Notes: generated by a model not told the origin, from the letters alone. A DNA stretch of 64,000 nucleotides from an uncultured Actinomycetes bacterium (GCA_963836685.1 CAWIKS010000002.1:67137-131136), one strand, 5' to 3'. Positions 1 to 10,430 are shown, numbered from the stretch's first letter. A program made the numbers and translations.

Positions 1-908
1 CGTTCGCGCGCCTCCTGGCCGACCGCGGACACGAGGTCACGCTCGCCTGCCGCGATCCCGCCCAGGCGGCCGCGATCGCGGAGGGCGGCCGCAATCCCCG
101 CTACCTGGCGACGGTCGACCTCCGCGACGTCGGCGCCGTCTCCGAGGTGCCGGCCGGGGCCGATCTCTACGTCCTCGCCGTTCCGAGCCGGGCCTTCGCC
201 GAGGTCGCCGGCAGACTGCCCCCGGGCGGCGCGGCGCTCTCGCTGACGAAAGGGCTCGACCCGTCGAGCGGCCGGCGCCTTTCGACCCTCGTCCTCGACC
301 GGCCGGTCGCGGTGCTCTCCGGCCCGAACATGGCCGAGGAGATCGCCGAGGGCCTGCCCAGCGCCGCGGTGATCGCGAGCGACGACGAGGAGCTCGCGGT
401 CCGGCTCCAGCACGAGATCAACTCGACGGTCTTCCGCGTGTACGTCAATCCCGACGTGACCGGCGTCGAGCTCTGCGCCGCCGCCAAGAACGTGATCGCG
501 CTCGCCGCCGGCGGCGTGGACGGGCTCGGCCTCGGCGACAACGGCAAGGCCGCGCTGATCACGCGCGGGCTCGCGGAGATGGCACGCCTGGGCGAGGCTA
601 ACGGCGCCCGCCCGGAGACGTTCGCCGGCCTCGCCGGGATGGGCGATCTGATCGTCACCTGCTTCAGCCGGTACGGCCGCAATCGCCACGCCGGCGAGCT
701 GATCGCCCAGGGCGCCTCCGCGGAGGAGGCGGCCGCCGAGATCGGCCAGGTGGTCGAGGGGCTGACGACCGCGCCGGTGCTCCGCGACCTCTCCCACCGG
801 CTCGGGATCGAGCTGCCGATCACCGAGGGCGTCTGCCGGGTGCTCGCGGGCGACAGCCTCGGCGACCTCGTCGCCTCGCTGATGGGCCGCCGCCCGCGCG
901 GCGAGTAG
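1..908 (+). CDS. gpsA: NAD(P)H-dependent glycerol-3-phosphate dehydrogenase, N-terminus outside window
   Basis: Open in frame from base 3. Translation has LSGPNMAEEIA, AAKNVIALAAG and GMGDLIVTC, typical GpsA motifs. Stop at 906-908. Confidence 0.9.
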   Translation, partial: FARLLADRGHEVTLACRDPAQAAAIAEGGRNPRYLATVDLRDVGAVSEVPAGADLYVLAVPSRAFAEVAGRLPPGGAALSLTKGLDPSSGRRLSTLVLDRPVAVLSGPNMAEEIAEGLPSAAVIASDDEELAVRLQHEINSTVFRVYVNPDVTGVELCAAAKNVIALAAGGVDGLGLGDNGKAALITRGLAEMARLGEANGARPETFAGLAGMGDLIVTCFSRYGRNRHAGELIAQGASAEEAAAEIGQVVEGLTTAPVLRDLSHRLGIELPITEGVCRVLAGDSLGDLVASLMGRRPRGE

Positions 909-917
909 CATCGGACG

Positions 918-2279
918 GTGCGCAGGCTTCCGATTGCGCTCCTCGCGGTGCTCCTCGCCGGGTGCGGCTCGGCGGTCGAGACTGCGGGACCGGAAGGCGG
1001 CGCCGCTGTCGCCCCGCGCTCGACCGCGCTGCTCGTACGCCTGAACACGCGCGATCCGGCGCAGTGGCAGGCGGCCCGAAGGCTGCTCGGGCTCTTCCCG
1101 GCCGGCGCCCAGCTTCGGCCGGAGCGGTCGACCAGGTGCAGCCGGCGCTCGGGCCGGAGACGGACGTTCTCGCGCTCACCGCCGACGACCTGACCCGGGG
1201 CGTCCTCGTCGGCCTCACCCAGCCGGCAGACCCGGCCAAGCTCGACTCCGAGCTCGCGAAGACGAAGCCGCGGCTCGTCTCGGAGGAGGTCCAGAGCTGG
1301 CGCGTGATCGCGCGCGACCGGGCGACGATCGACCGGCTCAAGGTCGCCCGGAACGCCGGATCGCTCGCCGGCGACGAGAGCTACCGGCAGGCGACGAGCA
1401 GGCTGCCCGCGGACACGCTCGCGACCGTCTACGTCGACGGGGCGGCCGCGACCGCGGCGGTCGACGAGCGCGCGAAGACCGGCACCGGCACCGGCCCCGT
1501 CCCCGGCCTCGGGCGGATCGGCTGGGTCGCCGCCGCGCTCGCCCCCCGGCAGAACCGTCTCTCCGTCGACGTGCGCGTCAAGGCGGACGAGATCGAGGCC
1601 GCCCCATACACGCCCGAGCTGCCGGCGGAGGTGCCGGCCGGCGCCGCTCTCTTCGCCGACGCCAGGGGGCTGGACGCCACCCTCGACGAGCTCCGGCGCT
1701 CCCCTGCGCTCTCGGATCGGCTCGGGGCGGTGGCGAAGGCGCTCGGCGGACTGCTCGACGACGCGATCGGGCTCTTCAAGGGCGAGGCCGCCCTCTACGT
1801 CCGCCGGACCGCGGGCGGGCCCGAGGCGACGCTGGTGATCCAGGTCTCCGACCAGCAGTCGGCCGAGGCCACGCTCGAGCGGCTCGTCACCCTGGCCGGC
1901 GCGCTCGGGCAGAGGCCACCGGAGTCTCTCCGGATCGCGGGCGTCCCGTCGACTCGCTTCGTGCTCGAGAAGCGGACGTACTACTACGCCGTCTTCGGCG
2001 GCAAGGTCGTCGTCACCACCGCGAAGAGCGGGATCCGCGGGCTGCTCGCGCCGTCTCCGCGGCTCGCCGACTCGTCCCCGTGGCGGTCGGCGACGAGCCT
2101 CGCGGCGATGCCGGACGACGTCGCGGGGATCGTCTACGCGGACGTCCCTCGCCTCCGCCCGCTGCTCGCGCGGCTCGGCGTTACCCCCGCGCGTCCCCGC
2201 AGAGCTCGGGCGCTTGCTCCTGTTCGGCTCCGTCGACGCCGACGTGCTCTCGGTCAGAGGGTTCGTCGCCTTCCGCTAG
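918..2279 (+). CDS. Secreted lipoprotein of unknown function (possibly DUF3352-like), two apparent frameshifts
   Basis: Signal peptide with lipobox LLAGC in the frame of ORF 918. The body continues in the frame of ORF 962..3250 (DVLALTADDL...YYYAVFGGKVVVT). The C-terminus LLLFGSVDADVLSVRGFVAFR returns to the first frame, stop TAG 2277-2279. Shifts near 1110 and near 2190 (C5 run). Confidence 0.6.
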
Positions 2280-2288
2280 CCTTCCGCC

Positions 2289-3542
2289 GTGCCCGAGCGC
2301 TCGTTCCTGTTCACGTCGGAGTCCGTCACCGAAGGCCACCCCGACAAGATCGCCGACCAGATCTCGGACTCGATCCTCGACGCCGTCCTGGCGCAGGACC
2401 CTCACGGCCGGGTCGCGTGCGAGACGCTCGTCACCACCGGACTCGTCGTCGTCGCCGGCGAGATCACCACGGAGACGTACGTCGACATCCCGCGGCTGGT
2501 GCGCGCGAGGGTGCACGAGATCGGCTACGACCGGGCGAAGTACGGCTTCGACGCCGAGACGTGCGGCGTGATCGTCGCGATCGACGAGCAGTCGCCGGAC
2601 ATCGCCCAGGGGATCGACGCCTCCTACGAGGTCCAGCACGATCCCGGGGACGACGATCCGCTCGACCGGATCGGCGCCGGCGACCAGGGGATGATGTTCG
2701 GCTACGCGACCGACGAGACCGACGAGCTGATGCCGATGCCGATCACGCTTGCGCATCTGATCTGCCGGCGACTGGCCGAGGTGCGGAAGGCGGACGTCCT
2801 CCCCTACCTGCGGCCGGACGGAAAGTCGCAGGTGACCGTCCGCTACGAGACCGACGAGCACGGGCACCTCCGGCCGGTCGAGATCGTGCGCGTGCTGATC
2901 TCCACCCAGCATCGCGACGGGCTCGACGCCGACGCGCTGATCAAGCCCGACCTCGCCGAGCACGTGCTCCACCCGATCCTGCCCGGCCACCTCTACGACG
3001 AGAAGCGGCTCCTCGGCGACAAGGACTTCTTCTACTGCAACCCGACCGGCAAGTTCGTCGTCGGCGGGCCGATGGGCGACACGGGCCTGACCGGCCGGAA
3101 GATCATCGTCGACACCTACGGCGGCGCCGCCCGCCACGGCGGCGGTGCGTTCTCAGGCAAGGATCCGACGAAGGTCGACCGCTCCGCCGCCTACGCCGCG
3201 CGCTACGTGGCGAAGAACATCGTCGCCTCCGGTCTCGCCAACCGGTGTGAGTTGCAAGTCGCCTACGCGATCGGGGTCGCGCACCCGGTCTCCCTCGAGG
3301 TCGACTGCTTCGGCACCGAGCGCATTCCGGTGCCCAGGATCGAGCAGCTCGTCCGCGACCACTTCGACCTCCGCCCGGCCGCGATCATCCGCGACCTCGA
3401 CCTCCGCCGCCCGATCTACGCGAAGACGGCCGCGTACGGCCACTTCGGCCGCGACGACCACGACTTCACGTGGGAGCGGACCGACAAGGCCGAGGCCCTG
3501 CGCGAGGCGGCCGGGATCGCGGGCGCGAAGGCTCCGGCGTAA
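2289..3542 (+). CDS. metK: S-adenosylmethionine synthetase
   Basis: Intact 417-aa ORF with the canonical [19 protein letters not shown]-terminus and [12 protein letters not shown] motif. Confidence 0.97.
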   Translation: MPERSFLFTSESVTEGHPDKIADQISDSILDAVLAQDPHGRVACETLVTTGLVVVAGEITTETYVDIPRLVRARVHEIGYDRAKYGFDAETCGVIVAIDEQSPDIAQGIDASYEVQHDPGDDDPLDRIGAGDQGMMFGYATDETDELMPMPITLAHLICRRLAEVRKADVLPYLRPDGKSQVTVRYETDEHGHLRPVEIVRVLISTQHRDGLDADALIKPDLAEHVLHPILPGHLYDEKRLLGDKDFFYCNPTGKFVVGGPMGDTGLTGRKIIVDTYGGAARHGGGAFSGKDPTKVDRSAAYAARYVAKNIVASGLANRCELQVAYAIGVAHPVSLEVDCFGTERIPVPRIEQLVRDHFDLRPAAIIRDLDLRRPIYAKTAAYGHFGRDDHDFTWERTDKAEALREAAGIAGAKAPA

Positions 3543-3543
3543 A

Positions 3544-3569
3544 CAGGGACAGGCCGGAGCCTGTCCCTG
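3544..3569. terminator. Bidirectional stem-loop between convergent metK and the DtxR-family gene
   Basis: Perfect 11-bp stem CAGGGACAGGC / GCCTGTCCCTG with loop CGGA. No clear U tract. Confidence 0.55.
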
Positions 3570-3573
3570 GAGG

Positions 3574-4257
3574 CTACGCCCGTCGGACGAACAGGCCGTC
3601 GGCAGCCTTCTCGCCGACCACCCGCTCGCCCCCGTTCAGCCTGACGGTGAACTGGCCCGCCGCCGCCTGCGCGTCCCGCACCTCGACCTCGGCTCCCGGC
3701 ACCAGCCCCTGGTCGTAGAACCAGTGCAGCAGCTCGCCGTCGTGCTCGGCGAGCCGGACGATCGTCGCCCGCTCCCCGGGGGCCAGCGCGGAGAGCGGAG
3801 CCAGCTCGCGATTCTCGCTCTGCTCCAGGTCGGTGTTCACCGGCCAGCCGTGAGGGCACCGCTCCGGATGACCGAGCTTCTCCTCCATGCGCTCGATCAT
3901 GTCGTCCGTGAACGTGTCGCCGAGCTCGTCGGCGTGGACGTGCGCCTCGGCCGCCGTGTAGCCCATGAAGTCGGTCAGGAGCCGCTCGATGATGCGATGG
4001 CGCCTGACCACCCGTTCCGCCCGCGCGCGTCCGGACGACGTCAGGATCGCCTCCTTGTGCGCGCCACGCTGGACGAGCCCGTCGCCCTCCAGCCGCTTCA
4101 GCATCTCGCCCGCCGACGCCCGGGAGACGCCGAGCATCTCGGCGACGCGGGAGGCGAGGGTGGGCGTCCCGCCGGTCGCCGGGCGGTACTCGCCGATCGG
4201 GAATGCGAGAAACCAGATCGTCTCGAGGTAGTCGTCGACTGAGTGCCGGTGCGCCAT
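3574..4257 (-). CDS. DtxR/IdeR/MntR-family metal-dependent transcriptional regulator with C-terminal FeoA/SH3-like domain
   Basis: The last 227 codons of ORF 3574..5004 start at MAHRHSVDDYLETIW (ATG at 4257). The rest of that ORF is antisense to the ZIP gene. Confidence 0.9.
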   Translation of the reverse strand: MAHRHSVDDYLETIWFLAFPIGEYRPATGGTPTLASRVAEMLGVSRASAGEMLKRLEGDGLVQRGAHKEAILTSSGRARAERVVRRHRIIERLLTDFMGYTAAEAHVHADELGDTFTDDMIERMEEKLGHPERCPHGWPVNTDLEQSENRELAPLSALAPGERATIVRLAEHDGELLHWFYDQGLVPGAEVEVRDAQAAAGQFTVRLNGGERVVGEKAADGLFVRRA

Positions 4258-4308
4258 CACTGACCTGATTTGACTAGGGCCGGGCCTGCCACTATAGTCG
4301 CGACCGTT

Positions 4309-4326
4309 TGTAAGGCACGCCTTACA
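4309..4326. promoter_or_regulatory. Candidate metalloregulator operator (perfect 8-2-8 palindrome) in the divergent intergenic region
   Basis: TGTAAGGC-AC-GCCTTACA lies between the regulator start (4257) and the ZIP transporter start (4351). Confidence 0.5.
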
Positions 4327-4350
4327 GCGACGCGAAGGAGCACCTGACGA

Positions 4351-5193
4351 ATGTCCTCCGGCCAGATACTCGCCCTCGGAACACTCGCCGGCGCGACGAT
4401 CTTCCTCGGCCTTCCGCTCGGCCGGCTGAAGAGCGCCGACCGCAGGCTGAAGGCGGCGTTGAGCGCGGTCGCGACCGGGATCCTCCTGTTCCTGCTGTTC
4501 GACGTCCTCTCGAACGGCGTCGAGCCGGTCGAGACCGCCCTGTCCGACGCCCAGGGCGGCGGCAGCTGGTCGCACTTCGCGGGTCTGGCGGCCCTGCTCG
4601 CCGGCGGTGTCACCGTCGGTGTGATGAGCCTCGTCTACTACGACCGGTGGATGAAGCGGGAGCGGGAGCGCGCGATGCTCGGCCCGGGTGCCGCCTCGGC
4701 GGCCGAGTTCGAGCAGAGCTGGGTCGTCGGCCTCTCGCCCGATCGCTGGCTCGCCCTGCTGATCGCCACCGGCATCGGGTTGCACAACTTCTCCGAGGGG
4801 CTGGCGATCGGTCAGTCCGGGGCTCAGGGCGCGATCGGTCTCGCGGTCGTGCTGATCATCGGCTTCGGTCTCCACAACGCCACCGAGGGCTTCGGGATCG
4901 TCGCCCCGCTCGCCGGCAAGGGCGAACGGCCGAGCTGGCGGTTCCTCGGCCTGCTCGGTCTGATCGGCGGCGGCCCCACGTTCGTGGGGACCCTGATCGG
5001 CCAATCGTGGGTGAGCGAGAAGCTGTCGATCGCCTTCCTCGCGCTGGCGGCCGGCTCGATCCTCTACGTCGTCGTCGAGCTGATGAACGTCAACCGGCAG
5101 CTCGCGGCGAAGACGATCGTGATGTGGGGCTTGCTCGCCGGCCTCGTCCTCGGCTTCGCGACCGAGTTCGTCGTCGCCGCCGCCGGCGTGTAG
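4351..5193 (+). CDS. ZIP-family divalent metal transporter (ZupT-like)
   Basis: 280-aa multi-TM ORF with duplicated GLHNFSEGLAIG / GLHNATEGFGI motifs typical of ZIP transporters. Confidence 0.85.
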   Translation: MSSGQILALGTLAGATIFLGLPLGRLKSADRRLKAALSAVATGILLFLLFDVLSNGVEPVETALSDAQGGGSWSHFAGLAALLAGGVTVGVMSLVYYDRWMKRERERAMLGPGAASAAEFEQSWVVGLSPDRWLALLIATGIGLHNFSEGLAIGQSGAQGAIGLAVVLIIGFGLHNATEGFGIVAPLAGKGERPSWRFLGLLGLIGGGPTFVGTLIGQSWVSEKLSIAFLALAAGSILYVVVELMNVNRQLAAKTIVMWGLLAGLVLGFATEFVVAAAGV

Positions 5194-5227
5194 CCGGCCC
5201 GGCTGACGCCCCCACTAGGCTGGGGCG

Positions 5228-7132
5228 GTGCCGTACGCCTCCGTCTATCCACTCGTCTCCGCACGGGCGGTCGCCCGTGCGTTCACGTACGAGGCGCCGG
5301 AGGGCGTGGGCAAGGGCTCGGTCGTCTCCGTCCGGTTCGGGAGGTCGAAGGTGCGCGGCGTGGTGGTCGGGACCGGCGACGAACCGCCTGCCGGAGTGGA
5401 GCCGGCGCTCGTCGGACCGGTGCTCGACGAGGTTCCGGCGGCGCTCGTCGACCTGGCGCTCTGGGTAGCGGACTACTACGGGTCGACGCCCGCACGGGCG
5501 CTCGAGCTGGTGGCGCCGCTGAAGCGCACGCGACGGGGAGAGCGGAGGCCGAGCGCTGCGGGCCTCCCCGGCGAGCCGCCGCCGGTGCGGCTGACGCCGG
5601 AGCAGGAGGCCGCCGTCGCCCGGATCGTCGAGGCGATCGACCGCGGCGGCGGGCGCTTTCTGCTCTACGGTGCGACCGGCAGCGGAAAGACCGAGGTCTA
5701 CCTCCAGGCGTGCGCTGCGGCGCTGGAGCGCGGGCTCGGCGCGATCGTGCTCGTGCCCGAGATCGCGCTGACGCCGCAGGCGGTCGGCCGGTTCCGGGCC
5801 CGGTTCGGCGACCGGATCGCGGTGCTGCATTCCGGGCTCGGCGATGCCCAGCGCCGGGACGAGCGCGAGCGGATCGCCGCCGGGGAGGCGCGGGTCGTCG
5901 TCGGCGCGCGCTCGGCCGTCTTCGCGCCGGTGCGCGGTCTCGGCCTGATCTGCGTCGACGAGGAGCACGACGCTTCGTACAAGCAGGAGTCGGACCCCCG
6001 CTACGACGCGCGCACGGTCGCGGCGAAGCGCGCCGCGCTGGAGGGTGCGGCCGCGGTCTACGGGAGCGCGACGCCCCGTCCCGAGAGCTGGGCGGCGCTC
6101 GAGCGGCTGGAGCTCGGCGGGCGTCTGTCGGGCCGCTTGCCCCCGGTGCGTGTCGTCGACCTCCGGCGCGAGGCCGGCTACCCGCTCTCGGCGCCGCTCC
6201 TCGCCGAGCTGGGTGCGATCGCCCGGCACGGCGGCAAGGCGATCCTGCTCCTCAACCGCCGCGGCCTGGCGCCGGCGATCCACTGCCGCTCGTGCGGCGT
6301 CACCCGCCGCTGCCCGAATTGCGACGTCGCGCTCGTCCTCCATGCGGGCGGCGAGATGCGCTGTCACCACTGCGGCCACGCCGAGCCCGCGCCGGTGCTG
6401 TGCCCGGAGTGCGGCTCGGCCGAGCTCGCGCGCCTCGGCGCGGGTACGCAGCGCCTCGAGCGCGAGCTCGCCGCCCGGCTACCGGAGCTGGAGCTGATTC
6501 GCCTCGATGCGGACACCGACGACGCCTCCGTGGCGATCGAGCGCTTCGCAGCCGCCGATCGCGCCGTCCTGCTCGGCACGCAGATGGTCGCGAAGGGACA
6601 TCACTTCGAGGGCGTCGCACTGGCCGCGGTCGTCGACGCCGACACCGGCCTGGCCCTTCCCGACTTCCGGGCCGAGGAGCGCACGTTTCAGCTCCTCACC
6701 CAGCTCGCCGGGCGGAGCGGGCGCGACGCGCCCGGCCGGGTCGTGATCCAGACCTTCCAGCCGGACATCCGTCCGGTCGAGCTCGCGGCCAGGCACGACG
6801 TCGAGGAGTTCCTGCGCGGCGAGCTCGACCGGCGGCGGGCGCTCGGCTACCCGCCGTTCCGGCACCTCGTCCGGATCGTCGTCTCCGGACCCGAGGAGGA
6901 GGCGCCGCTGCAGGCGCTGGAGGAGCTGAAGGCGGCGATCGGCGGCGACGAGCTGCTCGGGCCGGCGCCCCTGCTGCGCCTGCGCGGCCGGCACCGCGCG
7001 CAGCTGGTCGCGAAGACGGACCGGCCGGGGGCGCTCGCAGCGCGAGTCGCGAAGGCGCTCGCGACGGCGGCGCCGGCGATGCGCAAGGCCGGCCTCTCCG
7101 CCGTCGTCGACGTCGATCCGCAGAGTCCCTAG
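5228..7132 (+). CDS. priA: Primosomal protein N' (replication restart helicase)
   Basis: 634-aa ORF with Walker A GATGSGKTEVY, DEEHD box and Cys-rich zinc region (CRSCG...CPNCD...CHHCG...CPECG). Confidence 0.93.
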   Translation: MPYASVYPLVSARAVARAFTYEAPEGVGKGSVVSVRFGRSKVRGVVVGTGDEPPAGVEPALVGPVLDEVPAALVDLALWVADYYGSTPARALELVAPLKRTRRGERRPSAAGLPGEPPPVRLTPEQEAAVARIVEAIDRGGGRFLLYGATGSGKTEVYLQACAAALERGLGAIVLVPEIALTPQAVGRFRARFGDRIAVLHSGLGDAQRRDERERIAAGEARVVVGARSAVFAPVRGLGLICVDEEHDASYKQESDPRYDARTVAAKRAALEGAAAVYGSATPRPESWAALERLELGGRLSGRLPPVRVVDLRREAGYPLSAPLLAELGAIARHGGKAILLLNRRGLAPAIHCRSCGVTRRCPNCDVALVLHAGGEMRCHHCGHAEPAPVLCPECGSAELARLGAGTQRLERELAARLPELELIRLDADTDDASVAIERFAAADRAVLLGTQMVAKGHHFEGVALAAVVDADTGLALPDFRAEERTFQLLTQLAGRSGRDAPGRVVIQTFQPDIRPVELAARHDVEEFLRGELDRRRALGYPPFRHLVRIVVSGPEEEAPLQALEELKAAIGGDELLGPAPLLRLRGRHRAQLVAKTDRPGALAARVAKALATAAPAMRKAGLSAVVDVDPQSP

Positions 7133-7152
7133 CTCTCACTACACTGCTGGCC

Positions 7153-7725
7153 GTGTCCGAGGTCGAGGAGCACGGACAGGTCCGGGACGAGCGGCTGGAC
7201 GCGGAGCGCGAGGCGCGCCGCCGGCTCGCGCTCGCACAGATCCGCCAGTGGCCCGATCCCGTTCTGCGCCTGCGGGCCCACGAGGTCGAGGACTTCGACG
7301 ACGACCTGCGCCGGCTCGTCGAGCGGATGGGGTCGCTGATGGAGGATGCGAACGGCGTCGGGCTGGCGGCGAACCAGGCAGGCGTGCTCCGCCGCGTGTT
7401 CGTCTTCCGGGCGGGCGAGGAGGGCGGGCCGGTAGCGGCGGTCAACCCGCGCATCGTCGACCCGAGCGAGGAGCAGGAGTCGGACGACGAGGGCTGCCTG
7501 TCCCTCCAGCGTGTCCTCGTCCCGGTCGAGCGCCACGTAGGAGTGACGCTGGAGGCCCAGGACCCGACCGGAGCGCCCCTCCGGCTCGAGCTGACGGGCC
7601 TCGAGGCACGCGTCGTCCAGCACGAGCTCGACCACCTCGACGGTGTGCTGATCGTCGACCGGACGACGCCGGATGCGCGGCGGGAGGCGATGGCCGTGCT
7701 CCGCCCGCAGCCCGTGCTCGGGTAG
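7153..7725 (+). CDS. def: Peptide deformylase
   Basis: 3' part of ORF 5710..7725. Motifs GVGLAANQ, EGCLS and QHELDHLDG are present. GTG start chosen at 7153 (uncertain). Confidence 0.9.
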   Translation: MSEVEEHGQVRDERLDAEREARRRLALAQIRQWPDPVLRLRAHEVEDFDDDLRRLVERMGSLMEDANGVGLAANQAGVLRRVFVFRAGEEGGPVAAVNPRIVDPSEEQESDDEGCLSLQRVLVPVERHVGVTLEAQDPTGAPLRLELTGLEARVVQHELDHLDGVLIVDRTTPDARREAMAVLRPQPVLG

Positions 7726-7729
7726 TTCG

Positions 7730-8509
7730 GTGCACCCGATCGGCTTCGCGGCCACTGCTCCCTTCGGTGCCGACGTCCTCGAGCGGCTGGCGCCGGAGCA
7801 CGAGATCGCGTTCCTGCTCACCCAGCCCGACGCGCCTGCGGGTCGCGGCCGGCGACCGTCGCCGACGCCGGCGAAGGTGGCCGCGCAGCGCCTCGGGATC
7901 CCGGTCGTCCACGAGTACGAGCCGAGCGGCGTCGAGACGGTCGTCCTGGTCGCCTACGGGCGTCTGATCTCCCGCAAGCTGCTCGACCGGCATCTCTGGC
8001 TGAACGTGCATCCGTCGCTGCTCCCGCGCTGGCGCGGGGCTGCGCCGGTCGAGCGGGCGATCATGGCCGGCGACGCCGAGACCGGGGTGACGATCATCAG
8101 GCTGGTGGAGGAGCTCGACGCAGGCCCGATCGCGGCGCAGCAGGCGTTCCCGATCGGGGAGGAGGCCGACGCCGGAGCGGTCTACACGAAGACGGCCGAG
8201 CTCGGCGCCGCCCTGCTCGAGCAGGTGCTACCCGCCCCGTCGTTCACCCCGCAGCCGGACGAGGGGGTCACGTACGCGGACAAGCTCACCGCCGCCGACC
8301 GCGAGCTGGACTGGTCGCGTCCCGCAGACGAGCTCCTGCGGAGAGTCCGCGCGCTCTCGCCGCACATCGGCGCACGAGCGGAGCTGGAGGGGCGTCGAGT
8401 GCTGGTCTGGCGGGCGACGATCGACGACGGCCGGCTCGTACCGCTAGAGGTGCAGCCGGAGGGCGGCCGCCGCATGAGCTACGCCGAGTGGCGGCGGGGC
8501 CTCCGATAA
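7730..8509 (+). CDS. fmt: Methionyl-tRNA formyltransferase
   Basis: GTG at 7730, 5 nt after the def stop. Contains HPSLLPRWRGAAP motif. Follows def as usual. Confidence 0.9.
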   Translation: MHPIGFAATAPFGADVLERLAPEHEIAFLLTQPDAPAGRGRRPSPTPAKVAAQRLGIPVVHEYEPSGVETVVLVAYGRLISRKLLDRHLWLNVHPSLLPRWRGAAPVERAIMAGDAETGVTIIRLVEELDAGPIAAQQAFPIGEEADAGAVYTKTAELGAALLEQVLPAPSFTPQPDEGVTYADKLTAADRELDWSRPADELLRRVRALSPHIGARAELEGRRVLVWRATIDDGRLVPLEVQPEGGRRMSYAEWRRGLR

Positions 8510-9723
8510 GCGAGGCGCGGCGCGCGGCCTACCAGGTCGTGCTGCGCGTCTTCGAGGACGATGCCTACGCCGACCGGGCGTTCGCGACCGCGGCCTCCGA
8601 CCTCGACGGTCGCGACCGTGCGCTTGCCCAGCAGATCGCCTACGGCACGGTCCAGCGCGTCCGCGCGCTCGACCACGCGATCGAGACGCTGGGCCGCCGC
8701 CCGGTGCGGAAGCTCGACCCGCCGGTTCGGGCGGCCCTGCGGATCGGCGCGTACCAGCTCGGCTACCTCGGAGGCGTCGCCGCGCACGCGGCGGTGAACG
8801 AGTCCGTCGAGCTCGTCCGCGCCGCGCGCCTCGAGCGCGCGGTGCCGTTCACGAACGCGGTGATGCGCCGGCTGGCGGCCGGGCTCCGCGACCTGCTCGA
8901 GGCGCTGCCGGCCGGCCCGCTCGAGCAGTCCTATCCCGACTGGATCTACGGGACGTGGTTACGGGACTGGGGCGAGGACGAGGCGCTCGCGCTGATGCGG
9001 GCGCAGAACGAGGCGCCGGAGACGGTCGTGCGCCTCGTCCGCGGCGAGATCGAGGGCGAGCCGACCGACGTGCCGGGCGCCTACCGCGTCGCACGCGTCG
9101 ACCCGGAAGCGCTTGCCGCCGGGCGGATCTGGCCGCAGAGCCGCGGGTCGCAGCTGGCCGGTCTCGCGGTCGCGTCGCGACCGGCCGACCGCGTGCTCGA
9201 CTGCTGTGCCGCTCCGGGCGGGAAGGCGACGCAGCTCGCCGGCGACGTGGTCGCGGTCGAGCTGCACGCGGGCCGCGCCCGCGAGCTCGAGGAGAACGCA
9301 CGGCGGCTCGGGGCGGCGAACGTGCGGGTCGTCAACGCCGATGCGCTCGCCCTGCCCTCCGAGCTGACCGGCTTCGACCGGGCGCTGGTCGACGCCCCGT
9401 GCTCGGGGCTCGGCGTGCTCGCCGCCAGGCCCGACCTGCGCTGGCGCGCGCGCCCGCTGCCCGAGCTCCAGCTCGCGCTGATCCGCGCCGCGGCCGAGCG
9501 GGTGAAGGTGGGCGGCACGGTCGTCTACTCCGTCTGCACGCTGAATGCGGACGAGAACGAGGCGGTGGTCGACGCCTCCGGGCTGGTTGCGGACGACCTC
9601 GGAGCCGAGTGGCCCGGGTTCAGGCACCCCAAGCGCCCGGAGTTCCTGCTGACGGCGCCCCACCGGCACGGAACCTCGGGATTCTTCGTTGCCCGGCTGC
9701 GGGTGGGGACGAACTCACGGTGA
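8488..9723 (+). CDS. rsmB: 16S rRNA (cytosine967-C5)-methyltransferase (Sun/RsmB)
   Basis: 411-aa ORF with an NusB-like N-terminal domain. The SAM MTase core has CAAPGGK and DAPCSGLG motifs. Confidence 0.88.
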   Translation: MAAGPPISEARRAAYQVVLRVFEDDAYADRAFATAASDLDGRDRALAQQIAYGTVQRVRALDHAIETLGRRPVRKLDPPVRAALRIGAYQLGYLGGVAAHAAVNESVELVRAARLERAVPFTNAVMRRLAAGLRDLLEALPAGPLEQSYPDWIYGTWLRDWGEDEALALMRAQNEAPETVVRLVRGEIEGEPTDVPGAYRVARVDPEALAAGRIWPQSRGSQLAGLAVASRPADRVLDCCAAPGGKATQLAGDVVAVELHAGRARELEENARRLGAANVRVVNADALALPSELTGFDRALVDAPCSGLGVLAARPDLRWRARPLPELQLALIRAAAERVKVGGTVVYSVCTLNADENEAVVDASGLVADDLGAEWPGFRHPKRPEFLLTAPHRHGTSGFFVARLRVGTNSR

Positions 9724-10430
9724 GCCCGGCGTCCGGCAGTCATACTCGCCGGGTGACCTGGGACGAGTGGATTCGCAGAGTCGAGGTCGAGCCCTCGTTG
9801 TACGCGGCCGACTTCTCCCGGCTCGGAGAGCAGGTGGAGATCCTGCTCCGCGCCGGCACGCGTGTGTTCCACTTCGACGTCGGCGATGGGCACTTCGTCG
9901 AGCCGATCACGATCGGCCCGATCGTCCTCCAGTCGATCGCGCCCCTGATCCACCGCGAGGGCGGCGTCGTCGACTGCCACCTGATGGTCGACGACCCCGA
10001 GCACCACTTCGGCATGTTCCGGAGCGCAGGGGCGGACAGTGTCACCTTCCACTTCGAGGCGGTCGCCGACGCGCCCGCCGTCGCGGCGCGGGCGCGCGAG
10101 CACGGCTTCGGCGTCGGGCTGTCCTTCAAGCCGGAGACGAGCGTCGACGACGTCGTTCCCGTTGCGGGCGAATTCGATCTCGTCCTCTGCATGAGCATCC
10201 ATCCGGGGTACTCGGGCCAGGCGTTCATGCCGGAGGCGCTCGACCGCGTCCGCCGGCTGCGCACGCAGGTGCCGGCCGGGGTCCATGTCCAGGTCGACGG
10301 CGGGATCACCGAGGAGAACATCCGCAGCGTGTACGACGCGGGAGCCGACCTGATCGTCTGCGGCACTTCGGTCTTCGGGGCGGAGGATCCGGCCCGGGCA
10401 TACGGTCGCCTGGTCCAGACGCTGGCGTGA
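9720..10430 (+). CDS. rpe: Ribulose-phosphate 3-epimerase
   Basis: 3' part of ORF 8955..10430. Contains SLYAADF, HFDVGDGHFV and GGI motifs. The GTG start overlaps the rsmB stop; an alternative GTG lies at 9753. Confidence 0.9.
   Translation: MSPASGSHTRRVTWDEWIRRVEVEPSLYAADFSRLGEQVEILLRAGTRVFHFDVGDGHFVEPITIGPIVLQSIAPLIHREGGVVDCHLMVDDPEHHFGMFRSAGADSVTFHFEAVADAPAVAARAREHGFGVGLSFKPETSVDDVVPVAGEFDLVLCMSIHPGYSGQAFMPEALDRVRRLRTQVPAGVHVQVDGGITEENIRSVYDAGADLIVCGTSVFGAEDPARAYGRLVQTLA

Noticed and set aside
962-3250. 762-aa ORF spanning the lipoprotein gene and most of metK
   Set aside because: Only about 1110-2190 of this frame is protein-like. Beyond about 2190 it becomes Arg/Pro-rich and overlaps the clear metK frame. 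This is a high-GC stop-free artefact.
3574-5004. 476-aa minus-strand ORF
   Set aside because: Only the 3' 227 codons (3574-4257) are the DtxR-family regulator. The upstream part is antisense to the well-supported ZIP transporter gene.
5090-6379. 429-aa minus-strand ORF, and similar long Arg/Pro/Gly-rich antisense ORFs (167-1048, 9740-11419, 14313-15971, 27110-29398, 36508-38337, 42930-44072, 55525-56721)
   Set aside because: All lie antisense to genes with strong family motifs (priA, gpsA, ribD/rpe, the cassette genes, recG, smc, trmD/lepB, the ATPase). Their composition is low-complexity, as expected from stop-codon scarcity at high GC.
5710-7725. 671-aa ORF overlapping priA
   Set aside because: Only the last about 190 codons (def) are real. 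The upstream portion is an alternative frame of priA.
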